Shown here one piece after another: positions 1 through 11,200 of a stretch of DNA of 64,000 nt. Source of the DNA: Selaginella moellendorffii (Eukaryota > Plantae > Lycopodiophyta); assembly GCF_000143415.4 (NCBI RefSeq), contig NW_003314315.1:1239514-1303513 (forward strand), in the 5' to 3' direction. Below the pieces are notes generated by a model that saw only the letters and a list, made by a program, of their open reading frames with translations, was not told the origin of the DNA and did not search any database. The translations under genes were made by a program, and so were the position numbers. Numbering within the stretch: the stretch's first letter is position 1; each line of letters opens with the position of its first letter.

Positions 1-963
1 CCCAATTGTGGCAATCCCTGTAGCGCAGCAGCGATAAAAAATCCTCCTCGCCTCGGACAAGCACCCACATTTGCTGTACATGGCGATGAGCGCATTGTCA
101 ATGTGGCCGTCTCTTCGATTGATGGTGGCGTTGTCAAGCAGCCTGTGAATCGCTCGCCCTTTCGCTAAATTCCCTTCATCTCCACAAGCGCCAAGAACAC
201 TCACGAACGCGATCCCATCAGCCTTGATTCCTTCCAAGCATGCAATTTGAAAGACCAGCAATGCCTCCCTTGGCTCGTTACACTGGCCGTGGGCTGTGAT
301 CATGGCCGTCCATGTCACGAGCCCTCGAGAAACGGACGGCATCGACTCGAACACATCCCTGGCGTTTCCCATGGCACCACATCTCGCAAACATGGTGATG
401 GCCGCGTTAGATACCTTGAAAGATTCGCAACCAGATTCTTTGACCAACCTATAGGCTTGGACTCCCTGCGCCAAGCCTGCCAGCTTCCCACACGCATCCA
501 GCGCGCATATCCACGTCACCTCCGTGGCACGAATGCCTTCCTGCCACATGGCACGGAGCAGAGTGAGGGCCTCCCTGGCATGCCCGTTCTGCGAGTATGC
601 CGCCAGCATGGCGTTCCACGTCACCACATTCTTCGCGGGCATCCGGTCAAACATCTCTTTGGTCTCTTGCAAATGCCCATTGCGGGCATATGCCGCGAGC
701 ATGATGTTCCACGAGAAGGAATTCCTCTCGTGGATAGCCTCAAACGCTGCATGGGCGTCCTCCACGCATCCACACTCCCCATACATCTGGACGAGAAGAT
801 TCCCTAGATACCTGTCGCCGCCATAGCCAGAGGTGTGGAGCTGGGCGTGGATCTCCCTGCCACGTTCGATCTCCCGCCGCCGCCCACATCCCCGCAGCTC
901 GCTCGCAAACCAGTCCTGGACTGCCGCCAGTTCTATTACAGGAAGCTTGATGCTGAGCCACAG
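1..963 (-). CDS. PLS-class pentatricopeptide repeat protein, partial (runs off left edge; start unresolved)
   Basis: Manual minus-strand translation is open from ~963 to the edge: ...GDRYLGNLLVQMYGECGCVEDAHAAFEAI...NSFSWNIMLAAYARNGH...NVVTWNAMLAAYSQNGHAREAL...NALIAMYSKCG. Not in the ORF track because there is no stop within the window. An in-frame TAG lies just upstream (~964-966). Confidence 0.9.
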   Translation of the reverse strand, partial: MWLSIKLPVIELAAVQDWFASELRGCGRRREIERGREIHAQLHTSGYGGDRYLGNLLVQMYGECGCVEDAHAAFEAIHERNSFSWNIMLAAYARNGHLQETKEMFDRMPAKNVVTWNAMLAAYSQNGHAREALTLLRAMWQEGIRATEVTWICALDACGKLAGLAQGVQAYRLVKESGCESFKVSNAAITMFARCGAMGNARDVFESMPSVSRGLVTWTAMITAHGQCNEPREALLVFQIACLEGIKADGIAFVSVLGACGDEGNLAKGRAIHRLLDNATINRRDGHIDNALIAMYSKCGCLSEARRIFYRCCATGIATIG

Positions 964-1049
964 CTAACTAGAATGTGTAGATTTGAACTTTCAAGATTTC
1001 ATAATTCCAAATGGAACTGCAATGGAATTGCCCAATTGATGTGCGTACG

Positions 1050-1262
1050 GATCAGGTGGTGCGGGAGGCTCTTGCACGGATCTTATCGTCGAAAACCACG
1101 GCAATGTTCAACGCACTGGTGACTATGTGAAGCAAGTGTGGCGACCTCGTACGGGCGCCATGGTAGAAGCGTATGCTCAGTTTGGGCATATGCCCAGTGC
1201 TTTGGAAGCTCTTGAGGGAAATTGGAGCTTCTCCGACCACTGTGACTTTCACAAGTTCTCTA
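1050..1262 (+). pseudogene. PPR gene fragment, decayed
   Basis: Reads TTAMFNALVTM*SKCGDLVRA, then in shifted frames AMVEAYAQFGH and GASPTTVTFTSSL. These are PPR motif remnants with a stop, frameshifts and deletions. Confidence 0.7.
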
Positions 1263-1628
1263 GTGGGTTATAGCTGGAAAGGATTCTTTGAAGGATCATG
1301 CCCCCTCTCTTACGTGGTCTACCTAAAATGTTTTATGATTAACTCTAAATTAGGAACGTTAAATATTATTAACAGATATATTAATGACTATAATTTTATA
1401 ATTAGCCAGTGACTGAACGGCTATAATTTATAAGTATATAACTTACATTTGGGTTTATGTTTTTCCTCTTTGTGTTTCTTATCTTATTCATTTTCTTTAG
1501 TATTATGGTTAGATTGGAATATAAAAATCATACTTAAGACAATATTCTTTCCTTTTCCTAATCTTATTGAGAGAACAAATAATAAAGTAAATTCTTTTAC
1601 TTTTTGTATTATGATTTGTCTTCTTCTA

Positions 1629-2150
1629 GAAGAGAGAGAATGTGAAAGATGTCATTGACCAATGAGATCTCAATCTGATAATCAAAGTTGTAAAGAAGGT
1701 TTGAAGTGGAATTGTAAAAATTGCAATACCACAAGATTTTTTAAAACTAATATTTTTTGTGTAAATAATAATCTCACATTTGCTCAAATGTTTAAAGTGA
1801 TGTATTGTTAGTGCATTAAAATGCCATAAGTTAAAACTTAGATTGAGTGTAATATTAAAAAATAGCACATGACAACTTTTGTCATGATAATTTTGAGGTA
1901 ATTTAAGTATAACTTTGATATAATCGATTAAAATGGTAGAAGTTAATTTCCTTAGACTTTTATTATGATAAGAAAGAAGTTTAAAATATCCCTCGAGGGA
2001 TAAATTGCTTATGTCATGATATAGTGAGTCATTGTTAAATAATAATATACTCATTTCTAATAAGTTTATACTAAAATATATCAACATATAAAACATTGAA
2101 AAAATAGTTTTTAGTAAGGCCAAAGGGACTAAATCCCTAAATAATGATGG
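1629..2150 (+). mobile_element. Degenerate Merlin/ISXO2(IS1595)-like DNA transposase relic within an AT-rich island (~1320-3020)
   Basis: One plus frame reads EERECERCH*PMRSQSDNQSCKEGLKWNCKNCNTTRFFKTNIFCVNNNLTFAQMFKVMYC*CIKMP*VKT*IECNI, matching the CxxC..M..DG..W.CxxC..R Zn ribbon and YxW motif. Downstream are NIPRG and INI*NIEK..SKAK (cf. HTQNIE..W...K). The central VEIDES segment and TIRs were not found. Confidence 0.55.
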
Positions 2151-3421
2151 ATAGAATTTAAACTTTAAGTTTAAGAAAAGCTAAAGACAAAAAAAACCTT
2201 AATTATCTAAAGTGGATAAAGCTAAAACAATGCTGGCATTGCTAAGTAATAGGGAGTGCCTATAAGTAATAATGTTAATCCCAATATGTGTGATTATAAG
2301 TTAAAAATACTTACTAAGGCACAATTAAGTGAAAAGCTTACCTCCTAGCATGAAGGATAATAAGTAAAATGAATGTATGAGGCCACAAGTTAAGAGTGAG
2401 GAACCAAGAATGAACTCGAGGGTTTATTAATTATAACTATGGTGCTATGAAGAGTTTAAAACATAGAGGCTTTACTATTAAATTGGGTAATGGATATAAA
2501 GCTTATGAAAGCTCATAAAACTGAAAGTATCCATAATAGGCTAAATAGTAGCCAAAAATTTTATGAAACTAAAGGCATTAATAAACTAAAGGCTAGAGTC
2601 CCTTTAATGTTCTAAAAGAGTAAATTAATATTTAAGAAGTCAAGTATAAATGATTCATAACATATGCAAAATCAGGATAGTGCAATAAAAGTATGGTTTT
2701 AAAGCTTGCCAAAAGGTGATGCTATTAAGGTTGGGGAAGTAATTCTCGCATGTTCAAAAGGATGATTTTGAATGGAAGTTGGTATCATTTAGATAAACTA
2801 AAAATAATGTCTAATTTTATGCTAATTTCTTAATATCATCAAATGGTAAATATAATACAATTGAGAACCAATAATTATGGAATTTTAGTAGTGTGAGAGT
2901 CCAATATGAATAAATGGAATATAAATCCACTAGTCAAGTCTATATACCTAGAAGTGTCATTAGACAAAAGCCACTTCAAATATCACATGTGGTGATTTGC
3001 CATTTATTTTACCTTCAAATTAATTAGTGTGACCACATACCATGGGACCTGTATGATGTGGAGCCAGTTTTGTCCACAGTGCCACCTGGCACAAATAAGA
3101 TTGTGTTTGACTTGCATGATGTTAAATTACTTCAAAAGACAGTTGAGATTGCATGTGTCAACATTTGCATTTAAGCCAGCTACATCTGAGAGGATTGTCA
3201 AGACGAACAAGGCACTTTCCCTCTATTGTTGTTACAATCAGCCTTGCAAAACCATCCTCTAGACGATCATTGTAAGAGGGCACAAATCATCAGGTCAAAA
3301 CTGACTTATACTGTTTTGTTCTATTGGCAGAAGTACTTGCTGGGTTTCTACCTAAATAGTGTATTTTTTGCGCACTTGCATGGCTCCTCTAATGTTGTCC
3401 CTCCCACCAAAAGCAACAGTC

Positions 3422-3481
3422 ACAAGTTGGTCAAAAGGGACAGATTCAGTAGTAACAAGTTGGTCAAAAGGGGCAGATTCA
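3422..3481. repeat. Tandem duplication, 33-bp period
   Basis: acaagttggtcaaaagggacagattca at 3422 and acaagttggtcaaaaggggcagattca at 3455. Confidence 0.9.
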
Positions 3482-4286
3482 ACTTAATCACACAGGGGGA
3501 CTTCAAGAGCTAGTAATGACTTGCAAGAATTGAAACAACAATTTAGGTTTAATGTGCAAAGGTTTTTGAAAGTCAAACTTTATGAATTTTATACAAACTA
3601 CTATCTAGATATTCTCTAACATGATCAGACATATCATCAAAGCTGAGGTACTGTTTCTTGGTGTTCCAAGCTCTGAATAAGAAATGACAAAACTAAACTA
3701 AGTAGACTGAACTTACCACAAAAGTGCAAATACTAGACCTCAAGGTTGAAAGAGCCAACTGTTAACAAAGGTGGCAGCTTAAGTTGACTCTGACCATAAG
3801 TTAGCCTAAAACGCATGATATTTAGTTTCAGTCGAAATATAATTGTGCATTTTTAACATCCATATTCATGGCAGTATGATTCAAGTGACTGCAAAATGTA
3901 TATGACCTCTATATAGTGCAAATTTTCATTGAAGCTCCTAATACCAAGTGCTTACAGTTCTGTTCTGCCTAATTTAGGGCATAGATAGGACGAATTTTGA
4001 CAACAATTCAGTTTAAAAAAGCTTAAAGTTAAGTATTTAATAATTCGTTTGATTGTTTATTTGAATAGTGTTATTACAATATAAAATTTCTTAAAAACTA
4101 GGTGTTGCATTAGGATGTAATTGAATATTCTAGCATATTCTAACAATTATAATGTAACTACATTTATTATTTATTATTTTGTTAAGAAGCCTGCCTAAAT
4201 GCATATGTTTAAAACGCTCACAAATATATTAAGCCACAAATAACTCAAACGAATTAAGTAAGAAACAGTTTAACCACTTGATCATC

Positions 4287-6372
4287 CTAAGCTGGATGCC
4301 ACCTGCACCTGTACTCACAAGCACACGCTTCTCCCTCAAAGTGAAGCCTGCAGTTGGCAGGGTTCCTACAGGTTCTATTCTTTCCCCAACAGAACCTAGT
4401 AGCCTGCTTCTTTGACGGGATCTTTGGCTCTGTGAGCTTAATCTGGTCGAACCATTTCAGCGATTCGTCTATATCGCTTAGACTTTTGAAGCCTGCCACG
4501 TCCGTCACCTGCAAGCCTTCCAGCTTCACTGTATCAGGCATGGCATAGTAGTACAAGGACTCGACCGTGGCAGCTCCCAGTCCTTTTTTCCATTCCGGAA
4601 GGACCTCATCCTTCCACACTGTATGAGACCTTTTCTTCTCCTTCGCCTTCCACTGAGCAACTGTAATCTGAAGGGCTACCACCAGGTAATTTCCGTTGGC
4701 GAATAGCTTGATGTATACGAGATCCACAGCCTTCTCGTTGAATGCTTGAGGACCCATCAAGACACCCCCCCGCAAGTCCTGGAACCCTACATTGCGAAGA
4801 GCAGCTACTTCGTGCCCATGGGCATACGTCCTGTACCTCTTGAACGAATAAGCGTCATCAAACAGCCTCCCCTGTATCCGAATGACGCTGATCACTAGGC
4901 CTTCAATGTGCCAGCTGATGCGAGAGGGGTTCCTTTCTGCAAGCTCACTTCTGCAGTCCAGTTCTACTGCGTCTGTCCACAACTGTATGTCTGAAAGCAG
5001 CAGCTTCTGGTCCAGCTCCTTTCCCTTTCCTGTTAACAGGGCCTCTGCCTGGGTTCGAAAGTAAGGTGACAGAAGCCGAAATCTGCCCTTAAGGTCTTTG
5101 CAGAAGCAGGTAAGCTTGATCTTCGGAGCTAGCCGGGAAGGTAGTTTTCCATCACCCATCACCATGTTGATAGCAGCGACCAGATCTTCCTTCGAGTCCA
5201 ACTTTCCAACGAATTCCGTCCAGAGCTTATCCTCGTACTTGGCTTTAATACGTTTCAGCCACTGCTGCCTGTCGCCACCACATTCTCTGTAGAAGCGTAA
5301 CAAGCGCGGTATTCCCCCCGTCAGATTATCCAGATCCAGCAGCGCAGAAGCTGGTAGATTTGCCTGCGCAATCCATGTATTCAGCTCCTCTTCCGTGTAG
5401 GGACCGTCAAACTCTTCAGTTAGCATATAGTCTTCAGCCTTGTCAAGTTTTGCACTTTCATATGGCTCGGGGCTGTCTATGGACAAGACTGTGATGCGAA
5501 CACTGACTCCAGAGGCACGAACCAGGTCAGCTTTCAGGCGACGAAGCAGCTGTGGGTCCACCTTATCATTCCTCCTTGGATCAAGCTGTTCCCAGTCATC
5601 GATGATAAAAAGCAAACCTGTCCTCCCCTCGCACCACATCACCAGGTCTTCTACACTGGGCAAACGCTGCAACTCCTCCCACACGGTCTTGCACTGGCCA
5701 AATGCAAGCAGCAAGGCCTCGAGCAGAACCTTGTCCGGCTCTGAGATGTAACGGCTTGCCGAGATATACACCACCTTTTTGCCGTTGGCGAGGAGGAAGC
5801 CGGCTTCGGTGCTCATGACAGTACTCTTGCCACTGCCTTTAGCCCCAATGACCTGCAAGCGATTTGCATTGTGGAGCTTCAAAATCCTAGAATGGAGCTT
5901 CTCAGCGCCAGCACGACCAATGTAGTTGTACTTGTCGTCCATGTTTCCATGGGGATTAAGAGTTGGTAGAAGCAGCCCCAAGTAAACAGCTCCTCCATCC
6001 CACAGGAATGAGCAATCCTTGCCAGCGTACAATTCCTGCAGCGCCTTGTATCGCTGTTCAATAATCACGCCCCTGCCCTGCCGCTTTCTTTTCATCCTTC
6101 CTGTCGAGAAGCGGGTCACTGGCACACGAGAGGAAAGAAAGACGGAAGCACGTACCAGCAGGTGCGAAGGCCAGTAGCAAAGCATTGACTTGCTGAATGC
6201 GAGTTGGGAGTGCCGATTCGAGAGACTTCTCGAGCTGCCCGGCACCCTGAGCTCGGCGATAAGCGTTGGCATCCACGAATCCCGCCGCGGAAAGATTTTG
6301 GAAGTCGTCCGCTGTGAACAGCTCGAAATCGACGCCACTCACCAGTGAGCGCACCACGCCCTCCGCCGCCAT
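4287..6372 (-). CDS. Crinkler/RHS-type (CR) protein: helical header + P-loop NTPase + PD-(D/E)xK-type REase domain + Cys/His tail; 2 exons (6372-6156, 6100-4287), 676 aa
   Basis: ATG at 6372. A 55-nt GTACGT..CAG intron (6155-6101) joins the 6058..6378 ORF in frame to the 683-aa ORF. Motifs: YNYIGR, Walker A GAKGSGKS (5846-5823), Walker B LFIIDDWEQ, TGGIPRLL, and REase-like GPQAFNEKAVDLVY...VALQITVA. Confidence 0.8.
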
Positions 6373-6387
6373 AAGCAACCAATCCCT

Positions 6388-6395
6388 TAGGGTTT
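6388..6395. promoter_or_regulatory. Telo-box in a ~200-bp divergent promoter
   Basis: TAGGGTTT between divergent ATGs at 6372 (-) and 6571 (+). Confidence 0.5.
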
Positions 6396-6570
6396 AACAC
6401 AAGAATATCCAGGTATATCCTTGGTGTCTGCCACTTTTAGACTTTAGGGTCTTTGAGCTTTAAATTACTTGTTTTCCCGCCATTTTCTAAAAGCGAGAGC
6501 GGCCAGCTCAGCGCCACATCAGCCCAGTGGTACAAAGCGACTCTTCTACTCTCCCACCTAGGCTAGATAG

Positions 6571-8288
6571 ATGAAGGGCACCAACAGCGACCATGGCGCT
6601 GCTGCCCCTGCTCCACGGATCATCAATCCATCGGTGCACGAGGCGCTCATCAAGCTCATTCCAATCCAGGCGCAGAAGATCCGCGAGAAAGGGGTTTCCA
6701 GGTTTGCTCCACAGAAAGAGAAGGACAAGGGCAAGGAGAAAGGCCTTTCGTCCAAGCAGCGATCCAAGCAGCAAGCCAAGCAGCAGCCCAAGCAGCAGCC
6801 CGCGGCGCCGCGAGCTGTGCGCTGGGAGGACGACGAGGAGCCTGCCAAGCTCCAGCAGTCGGAAGAGTTTGACAAGATTTGGGAAAACGATTGCGAGACC
6901 CGCGCGCTAGCCTGCCAAGTAAGTTGATCTCTTTGTTTCCTTGGTTGATGATCAATCACTCCTTCTCAGATCTTGTGTTGCAGGACAAGCTCACAGATTT
7001 GCTGTGCCGCTACCAGTCCCGGCAACCGGATGCTGGGCGCCTCACTGCGTCCTTGGAAGTAAACATCGATTGATCGATCGTTCTCCAAAATATCTTATGA
7101 GGTGCCTAACTGGTTGTTCCTCAGGTGCTAAAGGAGGTTTGTCAAATGTGTGTACCATTCTCACACGTCTTGACGGACATTCTCCAAGAGCTCGAGCTTG
7201 CTCTTTACATCAGTGCCGAGGACAAGGAAAAACATGAGCTCCAGGTTTTTATTCCTTCGCAATGTTCCCAAGTAAGCGTTCTTGCCTGTCAAACAGGTTC
7301 CATATTTTGAGCTCGTTGGCAAGCTCGAGCATGATATCAAGTGGAAAGAAGATAGTCAGCAAGGCTGGCGGAGCTCTCTTACGGACTGCCAAGAGCGCAT
7401 CGAGCGGATAGAAGAGACTATGACGGTAAGCTTTTATGCTTTTGATTGCTCGTGCTACTGGATTTCATACAGCTGATTAACAGACGTTGAGCACTCAAGT
7501 CAAGAATGCCGACTTCCTTAACAAGAATCTCCATGCCAGCTTGACTGCTGCCTCTGACTCTCTAAACTCCGCCAATGATCAAGTCCACAAGTCCAAGCAA
7601 AAGCTGGTAGAACTTAAGCAGGAGCTCAAGGATGCCAAGGCCGAAGTTCGGAGATCGAAATCCATGGAACTCCAACTCCAACACGTAACTTTTTCCCTTC
7701 CCTTTCTTCTAAGCTAACTTTCTTCATCGACTACCAGGAGAAAGATCTTGTGGAACAGGACCAGCTAAAAGCGGAGTACGCACAGCTTGTTACCGAGCTA
7801 CAACACTTCCAGACCTTCCTTGATGCTGCACGCAACCAAATCTCTGTGAGGTGCGTCGGTCATATCCAGTTACCTGGCTCCTTAATGTTTATTTTCTCTT
7901 GTTGCAGCGTTCCAAGACCTGAGTACATGGCCATGAAAGCTCAGATGCTGGAGCTGCAGAAACGTCTTGCTGATATCCAGGCCAAGTCCATCAAACTCAC
8001 GTACCAGACAGCGCATTTAACTCCAAGGCCGTCCTGGACCGCAGCTCCAGTTGGAGAGAAAGATCCGACGCTGTCCACGCTTGAACAAGTTGCTCAGATT
8101 TGTAGAGAAAACGCGATTCTCTCCAACAAACTTGCCATGCTTCAAAGCGAATGGACCAACACAAATGTTGCTCTTGCCGAGGTAAACTTTTTGTTGGGCT
8201 ACGAAGCGTGATGAAAAGCATTTCTCCCACCTTGCAGGCGAATGAAAAGTACCAGAAGGTTGAAGAAGAGAACAAGAAAAAGAAATAG
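6571..8288 (+). CDS. Multi-exon coiled-coil protein, TSNAXIP1-like (probably cilium/sperm associated)
   Basis: A chain of GT-AG exons gives RLTASLE/VLKEVCQMCVPFSHVLTDILQELELALY (similar to TSNAXIP1 N-domain), a long coiled coil and LTPRPSW. KQQ repeats near the N-terminus. TAG at 8286-8288. Confidence 0.55.
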
Positions 8289-8299
8289 AGAAGCTTCGT

Positions 8300-11200
8300 T
8301 CATTCGACCATAAGCTTGTAGGCCTGGATTTCCATGGGGCTCATCTCGACTATCCCGATCCCTGCTGCTGACGCTCCAGCGCCCTTCCGGCCGGGCAGCG
8401 TCTCGGCATGATCGTGCAAGAAATTGAGACTGGAAGGCGTGACTTTGCTCACCACCAAGTTGCTAAACGTCGAATGGAGGTCGACCTTCGCGCTGGTGGC
8501 CAGTGTGGAGCAGCTATCGGTTCCTCCTTTCCTGCAGTAAGACTCGTCCCATCCTCTTCTCTGGAGTAGAAGTCCATACTCGACGTCTTCCAGCTGCGAA
8601 GGCCGGAGTGCTTTGATCCCGACCAGGTGCAAGTCACAGGGAAATGCCGAAGCTAGAGACGACCACTGCGTGTCCATCGACGTCTCCTGGATTACGACCG
8701 AGCTCTCGACGATCTTTCCCAGGAACGCGTGCATGGGATAGTTCAACTGGGCTCCAACTCGGTGGGATAAGAGCGAGGGAACCGAGAGCTTCTGGTGGAA
8801 AGATGCCGAGCTCGTCACATTCTCTTCGAGAAGCAACTGGAAGACGATGTTGAGCGGCCTGTTGTCCATGACTCCCTGCCCGAGGCCTCGACCATCGTCT
8901 TGAGTGAGCCGTCTATCCAGCATCACTTCCAGCCAGCCGGTCTGTAAGCTGGCAACTCCGAGAGCCTGGCGGCTATGGACCGAGAAGCGCTTGCCCCGAG
9001 AGTCCTGGACGAAGGCCAGCGACGGCATTGGATAGTAGTTCCCTTGCAGCGGGATCTTGTCGTAAGTTTCTCGCCTGATGGTCTGGAAGCCGTTCAAGTC
9101 CGAGTGGAAAACTCTGCCACTGTCGATGCCGGTCTTGAAGCGCGCTATGATCTCCTTGTTGTTGAAGCGGTGATCTAGAAGAGCTACGTGATAGTTAATC
9201 TCCACGCTCAAGGCCTGGACGGATTTTCTTCCCGTGGCTCCGCTGTGATAAAGTCTGGCACTTCTCGAGAGCTCGCCGCCTCCAATGCTGGTCTTCAAGA
9301 CCACATGAACTTCTTGCATCGCTCGGCCTTCTGTGACGAGCACCAGGCCTCCAGCTTGTACAAGAGACTTTGCTTCGCCGTCGGGCAAGAAGAGATAAGC
9401 ACCGCTCCCGGCGCTCGAGTAGTAAGCAACGTCCTCCTCGACAGCAACCAAGGTTGACGGAGAGGCCGCCTTGGAGATCTGGATCGAGCGTAACATCCCG
9501 GTGGTGGAATCGAATCCCAGCGTCTGGAAGCCGTTGGTGATCTCGAGGGTCTCCACAGTCTCGAGCGAGCAGGAGTAGCCGTTGGGACAAGAGAACTTGT
9601 CGTCCGAGTTGAAAACTCTGATCCGGGCAGGCACTGCTCGCTTGCACGACGAACCATCTGCGACGCCTTCGGCCGAGCTGACGAAGAAAGTTGCGAGTCC
9701 CAAGGCAGGAACAAGAGCAGTCCAGTGCAAGCGATGCCTTCCGGTCGACAAGTTCGATCCTGTTTCATCCCATTCCGGAGAAATTTGGCTGTCAACCGAG
9801 GCCCAGCTTGGGCCGAACACACACACTGCCGGATCGTCGACCACCACCATCACCACATGCTCCACCGCTTCCTCGAGAGGATTGAAGAAGACCACTCGAC
9901 GAGCTTGGCCGCTCGCGAGTCTGACGGATTTCTTCACCGCTAGCATGTTAAACTTGGAGCGAGATTCCTCCGGCTCGTACCACTGCCGGAAGTTCTCGCT
10001 CTTGCACTGCTGCTGGAGAAGTAGCGCTTCGACACTGGCAGCCATGAAGGCCTGGAGCTCCACCAGCGACGTGTGCATCCGCGTTCCATAATCTTCCACA
10101 ACGTGATCCCTCGCGGTGCCCGTGACTCCGTCGTGGTGCTGAAAGAGCGCGAGGTTCTGGCTAGCGGAGACGATGGCGTTGCTGTACGACGCTGGAAACG
10201 AGGAGGTGTCCTTCGGCCGGCACTTCGCGTGAGTGAAAACGTAGAGAATGTTGGCAGCTCGGAGTGTGTGCTCGAGGACACGATCCACGGCCTTGTAAAA
10301 CGGTCTTGATACGTAATAGCCACTCCAGTAGTCGTGCATTCTATCAGCATACGTGAAGAAGTCCCCAGAGAGCGAAGGGAAGCCCGGAACTTCGTCTTCG
10401 TTGGCCCTCGAGCTCGACTTTGTGCTTCTGGCAACCTCGTCTCGGAGCGTAGAGAAGTAATCCTCCAGAGTTCCAAACTGGACGCTAGCCTTGAGCTCCG
10501 GGTGAGCGCTGATATAGTCGAAGATGGCCTGGTAGTTCGTGAACTGGAGCTCGGCCTCCTGCGGGGTCACGTACCGGAAGTCGTCACCCAGCGGCACCAG
10601 CAAAGTGTTACTTCGATACAGCGTCGACTTCTTCCTGTATTGATCGAGCAGCAGCATCGCTCGCTCCCTCACGTTTCCTTCGTTGATCTCTTCCGGATTG
10701 TATCCCCAGGGACACCGCTGTGCCTGTCCAACTCTCACAAGCCTCCAGTAGTCGAACTGGCAGCACACAGCCGGCTCCGGGCCGCAGGTGTGAGGAATGT
10801 CGTAAGAATAGAACGGCATCATGTGGCAGAAGATGGCGGTGGAGTTTGCAGAATCCCAGCCTTGCCTCCACATGAACTCGAGGCTTTGCCGCTGAGCGAG
10901 CTCCTTCTTTACCTCGTAGTGTGTTCGCTGGATAAGCATGTTGGCGAATCCCATTCTCCGCAAGAGATAAGCCATGGTGGCCGAGTGACCGAATGGATCA
11001 ATCGCCCAAGCGTTCCTTGGAGTGACCCCGATGGTATCACGAAGCCAGAGGTTCCCTGCGGTTATCTGGAAGCCATGACTGAGGTTACTACCGAGTGCCA
11101 AAAGTTTGGATGCTAACGTACCTGTTCGATGATCGCGAAATGGTGTGAGTTCGCCTGGAGAGCAAGTTCTTACAAGTTCTTAGATGATTTACGTTCTTAG

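Noticed and set aside
247-807. 186-aa plus ORF, and 63174..63911 minus ORF
   Set aside because: Antisense shadows of PPR genes.
1626-2123. 165-aa minus-strand ORF
   Set aside because: Low-complexity I/L/F/N composition, antisense to the transposase relic, no recognisable motif.
1311-3039. Possible terminal inverted repeats (tacgtggtc / gaccacata)
   Set aside because: Only ~8 of 9 nt match, no extension and no TSD; could be chance.
6101-6338. N-terminal ~80 aa of the 683-aa ORF as listed in the track
   Set aside because: Non-ATG start and read-through of a clear intron; the real first exon is in another frame.
10334-11116. Long alternative or antisense ORFs in GC-rich genes (also 15011..15934, 30810..31760, 56755..58020)
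   Set aside because: Expected from high GC3 codon bias; no domain features.
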